Positions 7,756-17,478 of a DNA stretch of 51,669 nucleotides are shown in pieces. The notes under the pieces are model-generated. The model did no database searches and had not been told where the DNA came from. It saw nothing but the letters and a program-made list of their open reading frames with translations. Source of the stretch: a virus. Lineage: Duplodnaviria > Caudoviricetes. Each line of letters opens with the position of its first letter. Position 1 is the stretch's first letter. Position numbers and translations under genes: made by a program. The stretch spans positions 1 to 51,669 of the IMG/VR virus record IMGVR_UViG_3300011270_000003; one strand, written 5' to 3'.

Positions 7756-9879
7756 TTATTTCAATTTACTTAACCTCTCTGCAGCTTCTCTAGCATTCTT
7801 AGTCATAGTTCTCATTTCATTTGGCCGTAACTGACTTTTATAATTTCGAACTGTTCCTACGCCTAATCCAAAATAATCTGCAATCTCTTCTACACTTTTT
7901 CCTGAGTCTAACATTTTAGTAAATTCTCCTTGACGACTACCAATAGAAGCCATAGCAGGAGAAGTATCTATTTTATTACCTTTCTCATCAAAGATAAGTT
8001 GATAAGATCTAGGTATATCTTCTGTCTTTGTAGCAAGAGATACACGTCTTTCTAACTCAGACATACCTGCTCTCTTCTGAGTATTTCTAGCTTCTACTTC
8101 CGATGCTAATTGTCTATATATTCTTTCTTTAGGAGATTCTGTAACTCCTTCCTTACGCATTCTAGCTGCGAATGCTTTTACAAATGATGCAGGAGCATCA
8201 GAAGGAACATTGAAAGCAAACCCTTCTTTGTTCTGAACCCAGTGTTGTAATTCATGAAGAATAGCGTCATGAACTTCTGTAGCATCTATAAGATTTTTAT
8301 TTAATTTAATAGTATTTTGACCACTCATAAATCTAGCTTCTGTAGTATCACTTACAAGATTTCTTTCAACTTTTATATTTTTAGCTTCTGGATATACTTT
8401 ATAAAATTCAGGATGATCTAATACATCGCCTAGTTTGGCTATATTCCAACTACTCTTATTTTTAAAAGCATTTAAATTTACAGAAGAAGGTAAATCACTA
8501 ACTTCTTGTCTAAGCATTCCTTCAGCACCATGTTCTACTCCAGTCAAAACTTTAACTTCTCCAGGAGATAAACCTTGTTTAAGAAGACCCTGAGCATATA
8601 ACTTCTTACCTAGAGAAGGAGCTACAAACATTCCTAAAGTATTAGGAATTGGACGAGCGGGAGTATTAAGCATTGAAGTAAAATCAAATAACTTAGGAGC
8701 TATTGTTTCAATCTCTTCATCTGTCAAAGCACCTTCATGACCTCTATCTGAGATCATTTTAAGAGCTCCCATTAAATTTTGAGCACCACGTAATAACGGT
8801 TCACCGATTGTTCTTACCGGAGATGTTCCAATAGCTTCACCAGCTCTTGTTGCCATTCCTTCCTGTCTACTACCACGATAATTACTTATATCTTTTCCAG
8901 TTCTTTCTGTATAACTCAGATGTCCTGTTACACCTGGTTTAACAGCTTCACGTTGACGTCTAGCTGCTTGTTCAAATGGATCAGACATAATAGTACTATC
9001 AGGTTCCATAGTCATCTTACGTACAGAACCTGGTTGGTCTGTATCTTCAAACAACTTAGATAGATCTAGACTAGGATTATCTTGTCCAGTCTTCTCCCAA
9101 CCTTCTAAAGAACTCTCGACCATATGGTGGGTAACTATACCTAACTTCTTATCTTTGTTAGCTAAGATCGCTTCTCTGATACCTTCGAATGCTCTGTCTT
9201 TAAATTGATTATATGATTCTCCACCAGGCACTACTTCATCTGGTTTCTTTTCTGCATAGTTCTGCAGAATATCATTATTACCTTCACAAGGTTTACCTTC
9301 GAAATTACCTACATTCCAAGTCTTTAATTTATCACTTATCGTGATAGGTATTCCAAGCTCTTTACCGATGATCTGGGATGTCTCTTTAGCTCTAGCTAGG
9401 GGAGATGATACCAGAGCCTCTAAACCTTTACCACGGAGCTCCTCAGCAGCTTCTAGGGCATGTTTACGGCCTTCGGCGCTTAACTTAACATCATCATTAG
9501 TTCCACGAATCTTGTCTTCTTCATTCTCTTCCGTAGTACCATGACGTATAATATGGATATCTTTAGGTTCTTCTAAATGTGTTTTATAACCTAGAACATT
9601 ACCTTTTTGTTTATCTGTAGCTCTTTGTAAAACATCAGACATCCCTTCTGCATAAAAAGGATATTCATTACGTCTATCTTCAACTTCACCCTGAAGATTA
9701 AAATCCAGACTTTCTTTATTTAATTTACCAGGTAAACCTGCATAATAATCATTTGGACTAATTTGGTAGACATCTGTCTTAGGATCATAATTAGGACTTT
9801 GAATTAATTTATGACTGTCTGCGACAGCTTCATATTCATTATCAAACCAACGACCATCACCGTAAGAAATACCCATCAT
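7756..9879 (-). CDS. Polyvalent protein: histidine phosphatase + LPD23-like zincin + C-terminal HTH
   Basis: IIRHG..SSPLARAKET..GGES..VTHH; LGDVLDHPEFYKVYP..ILHELQHWVQNKEGF..EVEARNTQKR; GKSVEEIADYFGLGVGTVRNY. Confidence 0.8.
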   Translation of the reverse strand: MMGISYGDGRWFDNEYEAVADSHKLIQSPNYDPKTDVYQISPNDYYAGLPGKLNKESLDFNLQGEVEDRRNEYPFYAEGMSDVLQRATDKQKGNVLGYKTHLEEPKDIHIIRHGTTEENEEDKIRGTNDDVKLSAEGRKHALEAAEELRGKGLEALVSSPLARAKETSQIIGKELGIPITISDKLKTWNVGNFEGKPCEGNNDILQNYAEKKPDEVVPGGESYNQFKDRAFEGIREAILANKDKKLGIVTHHMVESSLEGWEKTGQDNPSLDLSKLFEDTDQPGSVRKMTMEPDSTIMSDPFEQAARRQREAVKPGVTGHLSYTERTGKDISNYRGSRQEGMATRAGEAIGTSPVRTIGEPLLRGAQNLMGALKMISDRGHEGALTDEEIETIAPKLFDFTSMLNTPARPIPNTLGMFVAPSLGKKLYAQGLLKQGLSPGEVKVLTGVEHGAEGMLRQEVSDLPSSVNLNAFKNKSSWNIAKLGDVLDHPEFYKVYPEAKNIKVERNLVSDTTEARFMSGQNTIKLNKNLIDATEVHDAILHELQHWVQNKEGFAFNVPSDAPASFVKAFAARMRKEGVTESPKERIYRQLASEVEARNTQKRAGMSELERRVSLATKTEDIPRSYQLIFDEKGNKIDTSPAMASIGSRQGEFTKMLDSGKSVEEIADYFGLGVGTVRNYKSQLRPNEMRTMTKNAREAAERLSKLK

Positions 9880-11993
9880 TCAGGCTTTCTAGTCTTATAC
9901 TTTTCTTTGACTGCTGCTTTAAAAGCATCTTCATTCTGTTTCTGTTTAGCTATGGAATCATACATCTGTTGAGGTAAACCCTTCATAACTTCCGGATTAA
10001 GAGCTCCAAACTTCTGTAATTCACCTAACATATATGAGTTAATATCTGTACCTTCAGTCTCAGCTATAGATTTAATATTATGGAGACCATAGTTAATTCG
10101 GTTAACGTTCTTTCTAATACTATCGAATGCACTTACATTAGGAAAGTCAGCTACAAGCCTATGATTGACGGTATCCCAGCCAATAGATCCTTGTCCTGTC
10201 CCGCCTATACCTCCTCGTTCAAAATGAGGAGTTACTCCTAATGCTGTTTGAGCAGCAGATAACTGTCTAAGTTCCCCTGCAAATATCTCTTGACCGAAAG
10301 ATTGTGTAGCCCAAGATCTATAGTTCTGCCACAAAGGATTATTAACACTACTTCCAGACAATCTCCATATCTCTTTAGCCATATCTGTAGAAGTCATTCT
10401 ACCGAAGACAGATAAATTAGATCCATTCTCTTTCTCAAACTTAGATACTAAACCTAAGTTTTGAGAACTATAAGCATCTCTAATAAGATTTACTTTAACA
10501 TTATCGGGAGTCTTAGGATCAGCAATACGTTCTACATTATGAATCATCTCATCTATAGTCTTAGCTTTAGTAGCTGCAGGAATATCTTTAGCAGCATTAA
10601 CCTGATCTACACCAACTTTCATATTAGTGGTAGAAGTTCCAGTCATCTGTTTACCTGCAAAATCTTCTAACCAAGTCTTAACTCCAGGAGAACCGCCTAA
10701 GTTCTTATTTATAAAATATTGAGATACTTCTTTAGCGAAAGGATCTCCACCTACAGCTACAAGAGCAGACTGAGTTCTGAAGAATCCTCCCATAGTAGTA
10801 TCATTCATAAGACTAAGTTTAGACGTAGATGTAATAGCATTATAAGCATTAGTAGCTGAATGTATTTGACCATATTGACCATTAGACAATAGATCAGATA
10901 TACGATCAAAGTATTCTAGTTTAGAATTAACTCTCTTTCCTGCATCGTCTGGACCTAATATAGTGAATAAAGATTTACCATTGATACCTAATTTAGGATC
11001 ATTGATATCTCTTTCCATAGATGTCTTAGCAGCATTCTTAAGTAACTGTATCTTTTGTAAAGCTACTTGAGCTTGTTCAGGAGTAAGAGTTGCATTCTGA
11101 AGAGACTTCAGAACTGTGTCTGAAGCTTCAGGCTGAGAAATAGAATGTGCATAAGTATCTGATGCTTTATGTAGAAGTTTATCAGCTAAATCAGGAGCAG
11201 TTTCTTTCTCATCTTTTATAGTCCATTCTTTACGCTGGTTCTGTTGTTGGTCTACTGTGTAATTATACTTATAAGCATTTAATCTAGCTGCTGACACTCT
11301 ACCTTCATCATCAGATATCTCACCTCTGAGTAATCTATTCTTAAGAAAAGCTGCCTGTTCATTTCCAGATCTAATTTCTTGTTCTAAAGTAGAAAGTAAT
11401 TCATCATGTTGTTTCTGTTTACCTGCGTTAGCAGCATTTAGATCTCCTATAAGAGAGTTAGCATAAGCATTGGCTACATTCTTACCAGTAATACGTTCAG
11501 ACTCTCTATCTATATAATCTCTATATTGAGGCCACTGTTGTCTAATATCTTTAAGAACTTTAAACTGTCTACCTAACTTATCTGATTCAGTTATTTTTCC
11601 ATTGTTTCTTACATCTTGAAACATCTGAATAGCATTAATACCTTGATGAATATCAGAAGGAACTGCAGCACTACCTTGTGCTGTTAAAACATCTGTAGAT
11701 TGATTACCTTGAGTGTTCTGAGCTACTTGAGTACCACCTTCAATAGCCGCCTTAGTAGATTCTAAACCAGAGATATTTTCTTCGTCGATAGAAGTCATCT
11801 GTTTAGTTATGTCATCTTTAATATACCCCTTAATACCAGTATCAGCTAACTTACCAGTATCTTCTAAAGCAGTTCCTATTGTTTTGAAAAGAGTACCTCC
11901 AGACTTATCAGGAGTAGGTTCTTGAGCAGGTCTAGATAAATGAAGATAAAAAGGATCTGAAACCTGAGGTACTTGTGGATTAACAGGAGCCAT
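9876..11993 (-). CDS. Putative internal virion (ejection) protein
   Basis: 705 aa, helical-looking, in the run of genes after tail tubular protein B. Confidence 0.65.
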   Translation of the reverse strand: MAPVNPQVPQVSDPFYLHLSRPAQEPTPDKSGGTLFKTIGTALEDTGKLADTGIKGYIKDDITKQMTSIDEENISGLESTKAAIEGGTQVAQNTQGNQSTDVLTAQGSAAVPSDIHQGINAIQMFQDVRNNGKITESDKLGRQFKVLKDIRQQWPQYRDYIDRESERITGKNVANAYANSLIGDLNAANAGKQKQHDELLSTLEQEIRSGNEQAAFLKNRLLRGEISDDEGRVSAARLNAYKYNYTVDQQQNQRKEWTIKDEKETAPDLADKLLHKASDTYAHSISQPEASDTVLKSLQNATLTPEQAQVALQKIQLLKNAAKTSMERDINDPKLGINGKSLFTILGPDDAGKRVNSKLEYFDRISDLLSNGQYGQIHSATNAYNAITSTSKLSLMNDTTMGGFFRTQSALVAVGGDPFAKEVSQYFINKNLGGSPGVKTWLEDFAGKQMTGTSTTNMKVGVDQVNAAKDIPAATKAKTIDEMIHNVERIADPKTPDNVKVNLIRDAYSSQNLGLVSKFEKENGSNLSVFGRMTSTDMAKEIWRLSGSSVNNPLWQNYRSWATQSFGQEIFAGELRQLSAAQTALGVTPHFERGGIGGTGQGSIGWDTVNHRLVADFPNVSAFDSIRKNVNRINYGLHNIKSIAETEGTDINSYMLGELQKFGALNPEVMKGLPQQMYDSIAKQKQNEDAFKAAVKEKYKTRKPE

Positions 11994-14900
11994 TACCTAC
12001 CTCTTCCTTGATATAGTTGAGTAGTAGAATTGTATGCACGCATATAGTTCTCTTTCTGAGAGTAGGGAATATCTTTAAGATAGAAATCCCAATTAAGACG
12101 TTCTATTAATGTTTCATTATCTTTTGCAGCTTCAGCTATAGCCTCATGATACTTCTCTTCTGGATATCCAGATATAACTAAATAAGCATTAGCTTGAGCA
12201 AACTCTGATCTAGCTAATTCAGGATTCATTTCTTGATCTCTTAAAGCTCTGTGAAAGTATCTAATAAATTCTTTCTTACCCGTATCTTCCAAAGCTTTCT
12301 TATCTTTCAAAGACCACGTTACTCTTTGAATATCTGCAGCTTGTTGAGATTGCAATCCAGATAAACCCATAAATATAGCATTAGCAGGAGATGTACGATC
12401 TATGAAGGTTTCATTACGAGACATCCATCTACCTGTATTAATAGCTGCCATTGTCTTCCAAGCAGCACTATAAGAAGATATAATTTTAAGAGGTTCTGTA
12501 AATGTTTCCATAGTCATAGGAAATGCTTCATTATCTTGTCTAATCATAGACATCATAGCAGTTCTGAAACCATTAGAATATTGAAATGCTCCTGCTAGCG
12601 TAGAGAAGGAAGCACCGCCTAACATATTCCACCATGGTTTATCGCCTGTAAAGACGTCTCTGAAGACATCCATTCCAGGAGCACCATATCTCTGACCTAC
12701 GTCATAAACATTACCAGTGGCCATCTGTCCTAGCGCTGCAGGCAATCCTTCCATGAAAGTAGTCTGCCACCATTTATCTCCTACAACATAACCATTCTCT
12801 AGAGCTGTCTTTCTAAAGTATTGATCAAATGGAATAGTTGTAATACCAGTAGCTGTGGGAACACCAAAGGCAATAGCAAATGTACCAAATAATCTAGCTC
12901 TATTAATAGCAGCTTCAGTACCTGTACCCCCCATACGACTGCCAGTAAATAGTTCTGCTAATCTAAGTTGATAACCCATAAATTGAGACGGGAAAGAACC
13001 TATACCATACTGTATTCTAGACTTAGAAGCTCTGGACATATTACCCGATAGTAAGTCAGCTCTGTCCAGGATGGCTGCCCTATCCGCATTTGTAATACGT
13101 CCAGTAGGATTTCTATCTCTGAATTCTTTATAAGCTATGTAGTGAGCTCCGAATCTAGAATGTTGTTCTGATCCTCTGAAGAAGGCTGTACCTAAGTCTA
13201 AGAACTGTTGAGCACCATTAGATATTAACTTAGGAGCATAATGATTATCATATAAGATATGAGAAGAACCGACATTAAACATACCAGACTGGTTGCCTAA
13301 CATTCTAGCTTCTGTAAACTCACCTGGTTTAAACCCAAACTTAGAAGCTATACTATCAAGCTTGGCTATCCAATCAGGATATTCATTAAGTCGACCAAAC
13401 TGATGTAATAAAGCTGCTACACCTCCTTGAGTCGCTCTACCCCAACCAGCAATACCAGCCATAGTCACATAATTCATAGATTGAACTAATATTTGAGCAG
13501 GAGAGAATAGACCAATCACAGCATTGTAAGTTACATAATGCATAAGATCTATAGGTTTAGTTAAATTGGCTACTGTCCAAGATGGAGCTAGAATAAGACC
13601 TCTTGTCAGTTGATTACCACCTGGACCAAACTTCTTATACATAGCATCTGCTAAATCCTGAGACATTCGATCTAACATATTTTGTACTTTAGACGGAGTA
13701 CCTATAAATTGTTTAATCTTAAATCTAGCATCTTCTAATTGTCTTACTTGAAGTATATCAGCATCATTCTTAAATTCAGCATGATTGAAATGCCAGAAAG
13801 GAGAAGACTTCCAGGAATCTGGATTATCTAATTTAAGTAAAGACTCTGCTTGCTTAAGCCAATGTTCTACAGAAAAGATCTTATAATCATCCATAAATGT
13901 AGAATTAACTATATCTTTAATACCTCTATTAAGAGTAGGAATAGGATCTACTAACTGAGCAGGTTCGTATTTCCATAGAGGATTACCATGAGTTCCTTCA
14001 TCTCGCATAGTATAAAGATCATAAGCATCTCGCTCTTGAGTATATTTAATTTGATGTACTCTAGCATCTGAACCTTCTCTAGTACCATCCTTAAACCTAG
14101 GACCACCTGTTTTAGTCGTACCGTAGTAGTCTCTTTTAAACAAACCAGGATCTTGACTAGCTATAGTACTTCCTTTGGGAATTACTTGAATAGGTTCTCT
14201 TTTATTAAGACGAGCAGGAATTAATTCACCTTCTGGAGTACGTGTAGGATTAAACCAACTTTGTATCTCTTTCCAAGGTATAGCTGGTATACGAGACTCA
14301 GCTACAGTTTTAGCTGCTGTGGAATCTCTGTTAAGTAAAGCTATCCTGACTTCATCTAAAGCTTGAGCTACATCTCTACCCATTGCTCTATTGAGCATAG
14401 GCATAATGGTAGAATCTCCTTCATAAATAAACTTTTTATAGGCATTATCCCAACCTACTCTAGCCTGTTTAATATAGTGATCGTAATCATAATCAAAATG
14501 ACCGCCTCCACGACGTGATAGATTACTAAATGGTAATGGATTATTTTCAGCTCCTCTTACGTTAGAAGTAATTATGTATCTAATACGGGAGTTATCTCCA
14601 TTAAGAAATCCTTTTAGAGGTCTAGACTCAGGATCCCATATTCTAAAGACAGATCTAGTACCTGCAGCAATATCATCTCTAACTTGATTGACGAACTTAG
14701 GATTAAAACCTCTTCCACCTACAACACCAATCTTCTCTTCACCTAAAGAAGTCCCTAATATTAGAATAGAATCAGAACCTATAGGAAAGATATTCTGTTT
14801 AATAGCTGGGAAGAAACCTGATTTAATCTCTTCTCCACCTTGATTTAACATAGAGACTTGCCAGTGTTCAGTACCTAGACGAGACATATTTCTATATAGA

Positions 14901-16981
14901 CCTATATCACGTAAGACAGCATCCATTTCAACTAGACGTACAAATGAAAAGTAAGCCTGTATTTCTCCATCTGATGGAGGTCTGCCAAAGAAAGTCTGAT
15001 AATGATCGCCTACCTCAGCAGGAGATTGATAGAAATATCCTCTTTCTCCAGTTAAAGGATCATTAGCACGTCGACTGTAATTAACAACACTAGCCCACTG
15101 ATCATATTGTTGTCTTTTAGTAGTACCTGAAATACTCCATTTAGCTAAAGCTCTAATACTTTTCATCTCTTCTTTAGCAACTGCCATCAAATTAGCACCA
15201 CCATAAGCAGCTACTTTACGATTAAGTCTCTGTTCTAAAGACAGAGTTTCATCTGGAGTTCTTAAGAATCCCAAGAAAGCATTAACATAACTATCTGGAG
15301 CTTTAGATACGGTAGTAGACATTAAAAAATCTCTAGATACTTGAGATGTCTCATTAAGGGGTTTACTTAATTCAATGTAATATCCAAATCCTTGTTGTTT
15401 AATCTGAGGATTGATAAGACCATACATTCTAGCAAAGCCTTCAGCTTCTTCTTTATTAACAAAATACTCTGCGGTATGTCTACCTACTTGTAAAACAATA
15501 TCATGTACGTTAGGGACTTGTCTTCCTAACTGAACTACTATCTCTCTGGTTCCCGTTATTTCATTATATCTTAATCCTTCTAAATTTAAGAAAGAATTAA
15601 TATTTATAATAGAACTATCTATTCCTGGATAATCATTTAAAAACTCTTGTTTGACAGCTCTAATAGCATCTTGAGTAGCTACTACCTCAGGTATACGTTC
15701 TACTTTCATACGAGTACGTATAGCTTCTTCAAGATTAGCTCTAAATGTTCTAGCTCTCTCTAATACACGATTAACTATCTCTTGACCGTAACGACCATGA
15801 GTAGCTCTCATATTATCTTCTTGAGCTTTAAGATGAGATGTTAACTCATCTAATGCCTGGGCTTCTGGAGCTCCTGCTCCAATCCTAGCAGCCATTACAT
15901 CTGCAGTAGCTTGGTGTACTGCTGCTTCTCCTAAATCACCTGCAGCAGCATTAGCGACTACTTGTGGAGGAGCTTTCTCAGTTCCTATAGAAGATTGAGC
16001 TAACTTCTTAGTTATATCTTGTAACTCTCTTCGATCTAGTTCTTTAGTAGCTAGACCTCGTACAATCTTTACAGTTCCTTTGCCAACGCCATAAATACCT
16101 GAAATATCTCCTAAAGTAAAAGCATTACTGAGAACAGTATCTGTTAAAGATTGACCTTCCACAGCATGAGCAAACTGTACAGCAAGACCAGGATCTTTAT
16201 TTCCTAATCTTTCCATATTAGAATCAAACCATTCTTTAAATTGTGGTAAAGGTAACCTTAATCCTTCAGTAGCTAATTGATTTAACTGAGTTCCCAGTAA
16301 TCCTTGAAACATAGATTCTCCAGATGGAGTAGCCATCCTAAGATTATACTCTACATAACCAGGTATAAATTCTTTAGCTCTATCTATTATATCTCCAAAG
16401 TAAGATTGAGATTTAGATCTACCTTCTGCATTCTCTCTACCAGTCCTAGCATACTCTTTCTTAGTTAGATATTCACTACCTACTGCTTCAGTAGCTTCTA
16501 CTAATTCAGGTTGCTGTTGATAAACAGTATCATACCATGAACCAGGAAAGCCTGGAGCTTGACGTAAAGTATCCATATATTTCTTAGAATAATTAACTTC
16601 AAAGACAGATCTAGGATCTGCAGGAGGAACATTAATGAAGTTCTGTAGCTTATCTAAATCTTCAGAAGTTAAAGCACTACCTTTAGATCTAGCTAAGTCT
16701 TGAATACGATCATACTTTTGCATAGTACGTTGATAATCTAAAGTAGACGCAATCTCTCTACGAGTTTGATTCTCTTGACCATTAAGTATAGACCTATAGT
16801 AAGTATCATAAGGTTTATTAGGAACTTGGTCTAATAAACCAAATGTAGCTTTAGAAGCTCTTTTAGTTACTACATCATCAGGAAGATTAGGCTGAGGATC
16901 TCTAGCTAAAGATAAATCAATTAAAGGAGCTTGTTGATCTTGACCAGTATCTTGTAGAGAGATGGGAGCTGTTTCAGCCAT
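11993..16981 (-). CDS. Large internal virion (ejection) protein
   Basis: 1662 aa; size and position typical of podovirus core proteins. Confidence 0.75.
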   Translation of the reverse strand: MAETAPISLQDTGQDQQAPLIDLSLARDPQPNLPDDVVTKRASKATFGLLDQVPNKPYDTYYRSILNGQENQTRREIASTLDYQRTMQKYDRIQDLARSKGSALTSEDLDKLQNFINVPPADPRSVFEVNYSKKYMDTLRQAPGFPGSWYDTVYQQQPELVEATEAVGSEYLTKKEYARTGRENAEGRSKSQSYFGDIIDRAKEFIPGYVEYNLRMATPSGESMFQGLLGTQLNQLATEGLRLPLPQFKEWFDSNMERLGNKDPGLAVQFAHAVEGQSLTDTVLSNAFTLGDISGIYGVGKGTVKIVRGLATKELDRRELQDITKKLAQSSIGTEKAPPQVVANAAAGDLGEAAVHQATADVMAARIGAGAPEAQALDELTSHLKAQEDNMRATHGRYGQEIVNRVLERARTFRANLEEAIRTRMKVERIPEVVATQDAIRAVKQEFLNDYPGIDSSIININSFLNLEGLRYNEITGTREIVVQLGRQVPNVHDIVLQVGRHTAEYFVNKEEAEGFARMYGLINPQIKQQGFGYYIELSKPLNETSQVSRDFLMSTTVSKAPDSYVNAFLGFLRTPDETLSLEQRLNRKVAAYGGANLMAVAKEEMKSIRALAKWSISGTTKRQQYDQWASVVNYSRRANDPLTGERGYFYQSPAEVGDHYQTFFGRPPSDGEIQAYFSFVRLVEMDAVLRDIGLYRNMSRLGTEHWQVSMLNQGGEEIKSGFFPAIKQNIFPIGSDSILILGTSLGEEKIGVVGGRGFNPKFVNQVRDDIAAGTRSVFRIWDPESRPLKGFLNGDNSRIRYIITSNVRGAENNPLPFSNLSRRGGGHFDYDYDHYIKQARVGWDNAYKKFIYEGDSTIMPMLNRAMGRDVAQALDEVRIALLNRDSTAAKTVAESRIPAIPWKEIQSWFNPTRTPEGELIPARLNKREPIQVIPKGSTIASQDPGLFKRDYYGTTKTGGPRFKDGTREGSDARVHQIKYTQERDAYDLYTMRDEGTHGNPLWKYEPAQLVDPIPTLNRGIKDIVNSTFMDDYKIFSVEHWLKQAESLLKLDNPDSWKSSPFWHFNHAEFKNDADILQVRQLEDARFKIKQFIGTPSKVQNMLDRMSQDLADAMYKKFGPGGNQLTRGLILAPSWTVANLTKPIDLMHYVTYNAVIGLFSPAQILVQSMNYVTMAGIAGWGRATQGGVAALLHQFGRLNEYPDWIAKLDSIASKFGFKPGEFTEARMLGNQSGMFNVGSSHILYDNHYAPKLISNGAQQFLDLGTAFFRGSEQHSRFGAHYIAYKEFRDRNPTGRITNADRAAILDRADLLSGNMSRASKSRIQYGIGSFPSQFMGYQLRLAELFTGSRMGGTGTEAAINRARLFGTFAIAFGVPTATGITTIPFDQYFRKTALENGYVVGDKWWQTTFMEGLPAALGQMATGNVYDVGQRYGAPGMDVFRDVFTGDKPWWNMLGGASFSTLAGAFQYSNGFRTAMMSMIRQDNEAFPMTMETFTEPLKIISSYSAAWKTMAAINTGRWMSRNETFIDRTSPANAIFMGLSGLQSQQAADIQRVTWSLKDKKALEDTGKKEFIRYFHRALRDQEMNPELARSEFAQANAYLVISGYPEEKYHEAIAEAAKDNETLIERLNWDFYLKDIPYSQKENYMRAYNSTTQLYQGRGR

Positions 16982-17478
16982 TATCCGCCCGTACCCATTC
17001 CCATACCCATACTCCCTAATTTAGAAATACTTGAACCAAAACTGGAGATACCTAGAGCAGTAGCTTCTTTACCTTTAGCATTAGCTTCAGCAATTCTAGC
17101 AGCACTTATATCCATATTAATATCAAATATATTTCTACCAATCTGAAGATTCTGACTAATACCTAACTGATTAGTCGTTGCTTGTCCCTGTACCTGTGCT
17201 AAACCTCCTTGTAAACCTGATCCGAATTGAGCCCCTGAAACTGTAGCATTTTCAAGACCCATGGATCGAGCTCTTTGAGCATTACGAGTTACTTCTAAAG
17301 AAGATCTCTGAGCACTTAATTCCATGGCTTGTCTACGCTGTTGATCAGCTTTCATTTCAAGCATGGTTATTCCTTTGGATGCTTCAGCTTCTTCTTTCTG
17401 AGCATGCATAGCATTTAAACCACCAATTACCTGTAATCCTGTTCCTATTGCCTGTGCACCAAATGCTGCCATTAACAT
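16981..17478 (-). CDS. Small internal virion protein (T7 gp14-like)
   Basis: Gly/Ala-rich hydrophobic termini with a Gln/Ala-rich helical middle, directly after tubular B. Confidence 0.7.
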   Translation of the reverse strand: MLMAAFGAQAIGTGLQVIGGLNAMHAQKEEAEASKGITMLEMKADQQRRQAMELSAQRSSLEVTRNAQRARSMGLENATVSGAQFGSGLQGGLAQVQGQATTNQLGISQNLQIGRNIFDINMDISAARIAEANAKGKEATALGISSFGSSISKLGSMGMGMGTGG

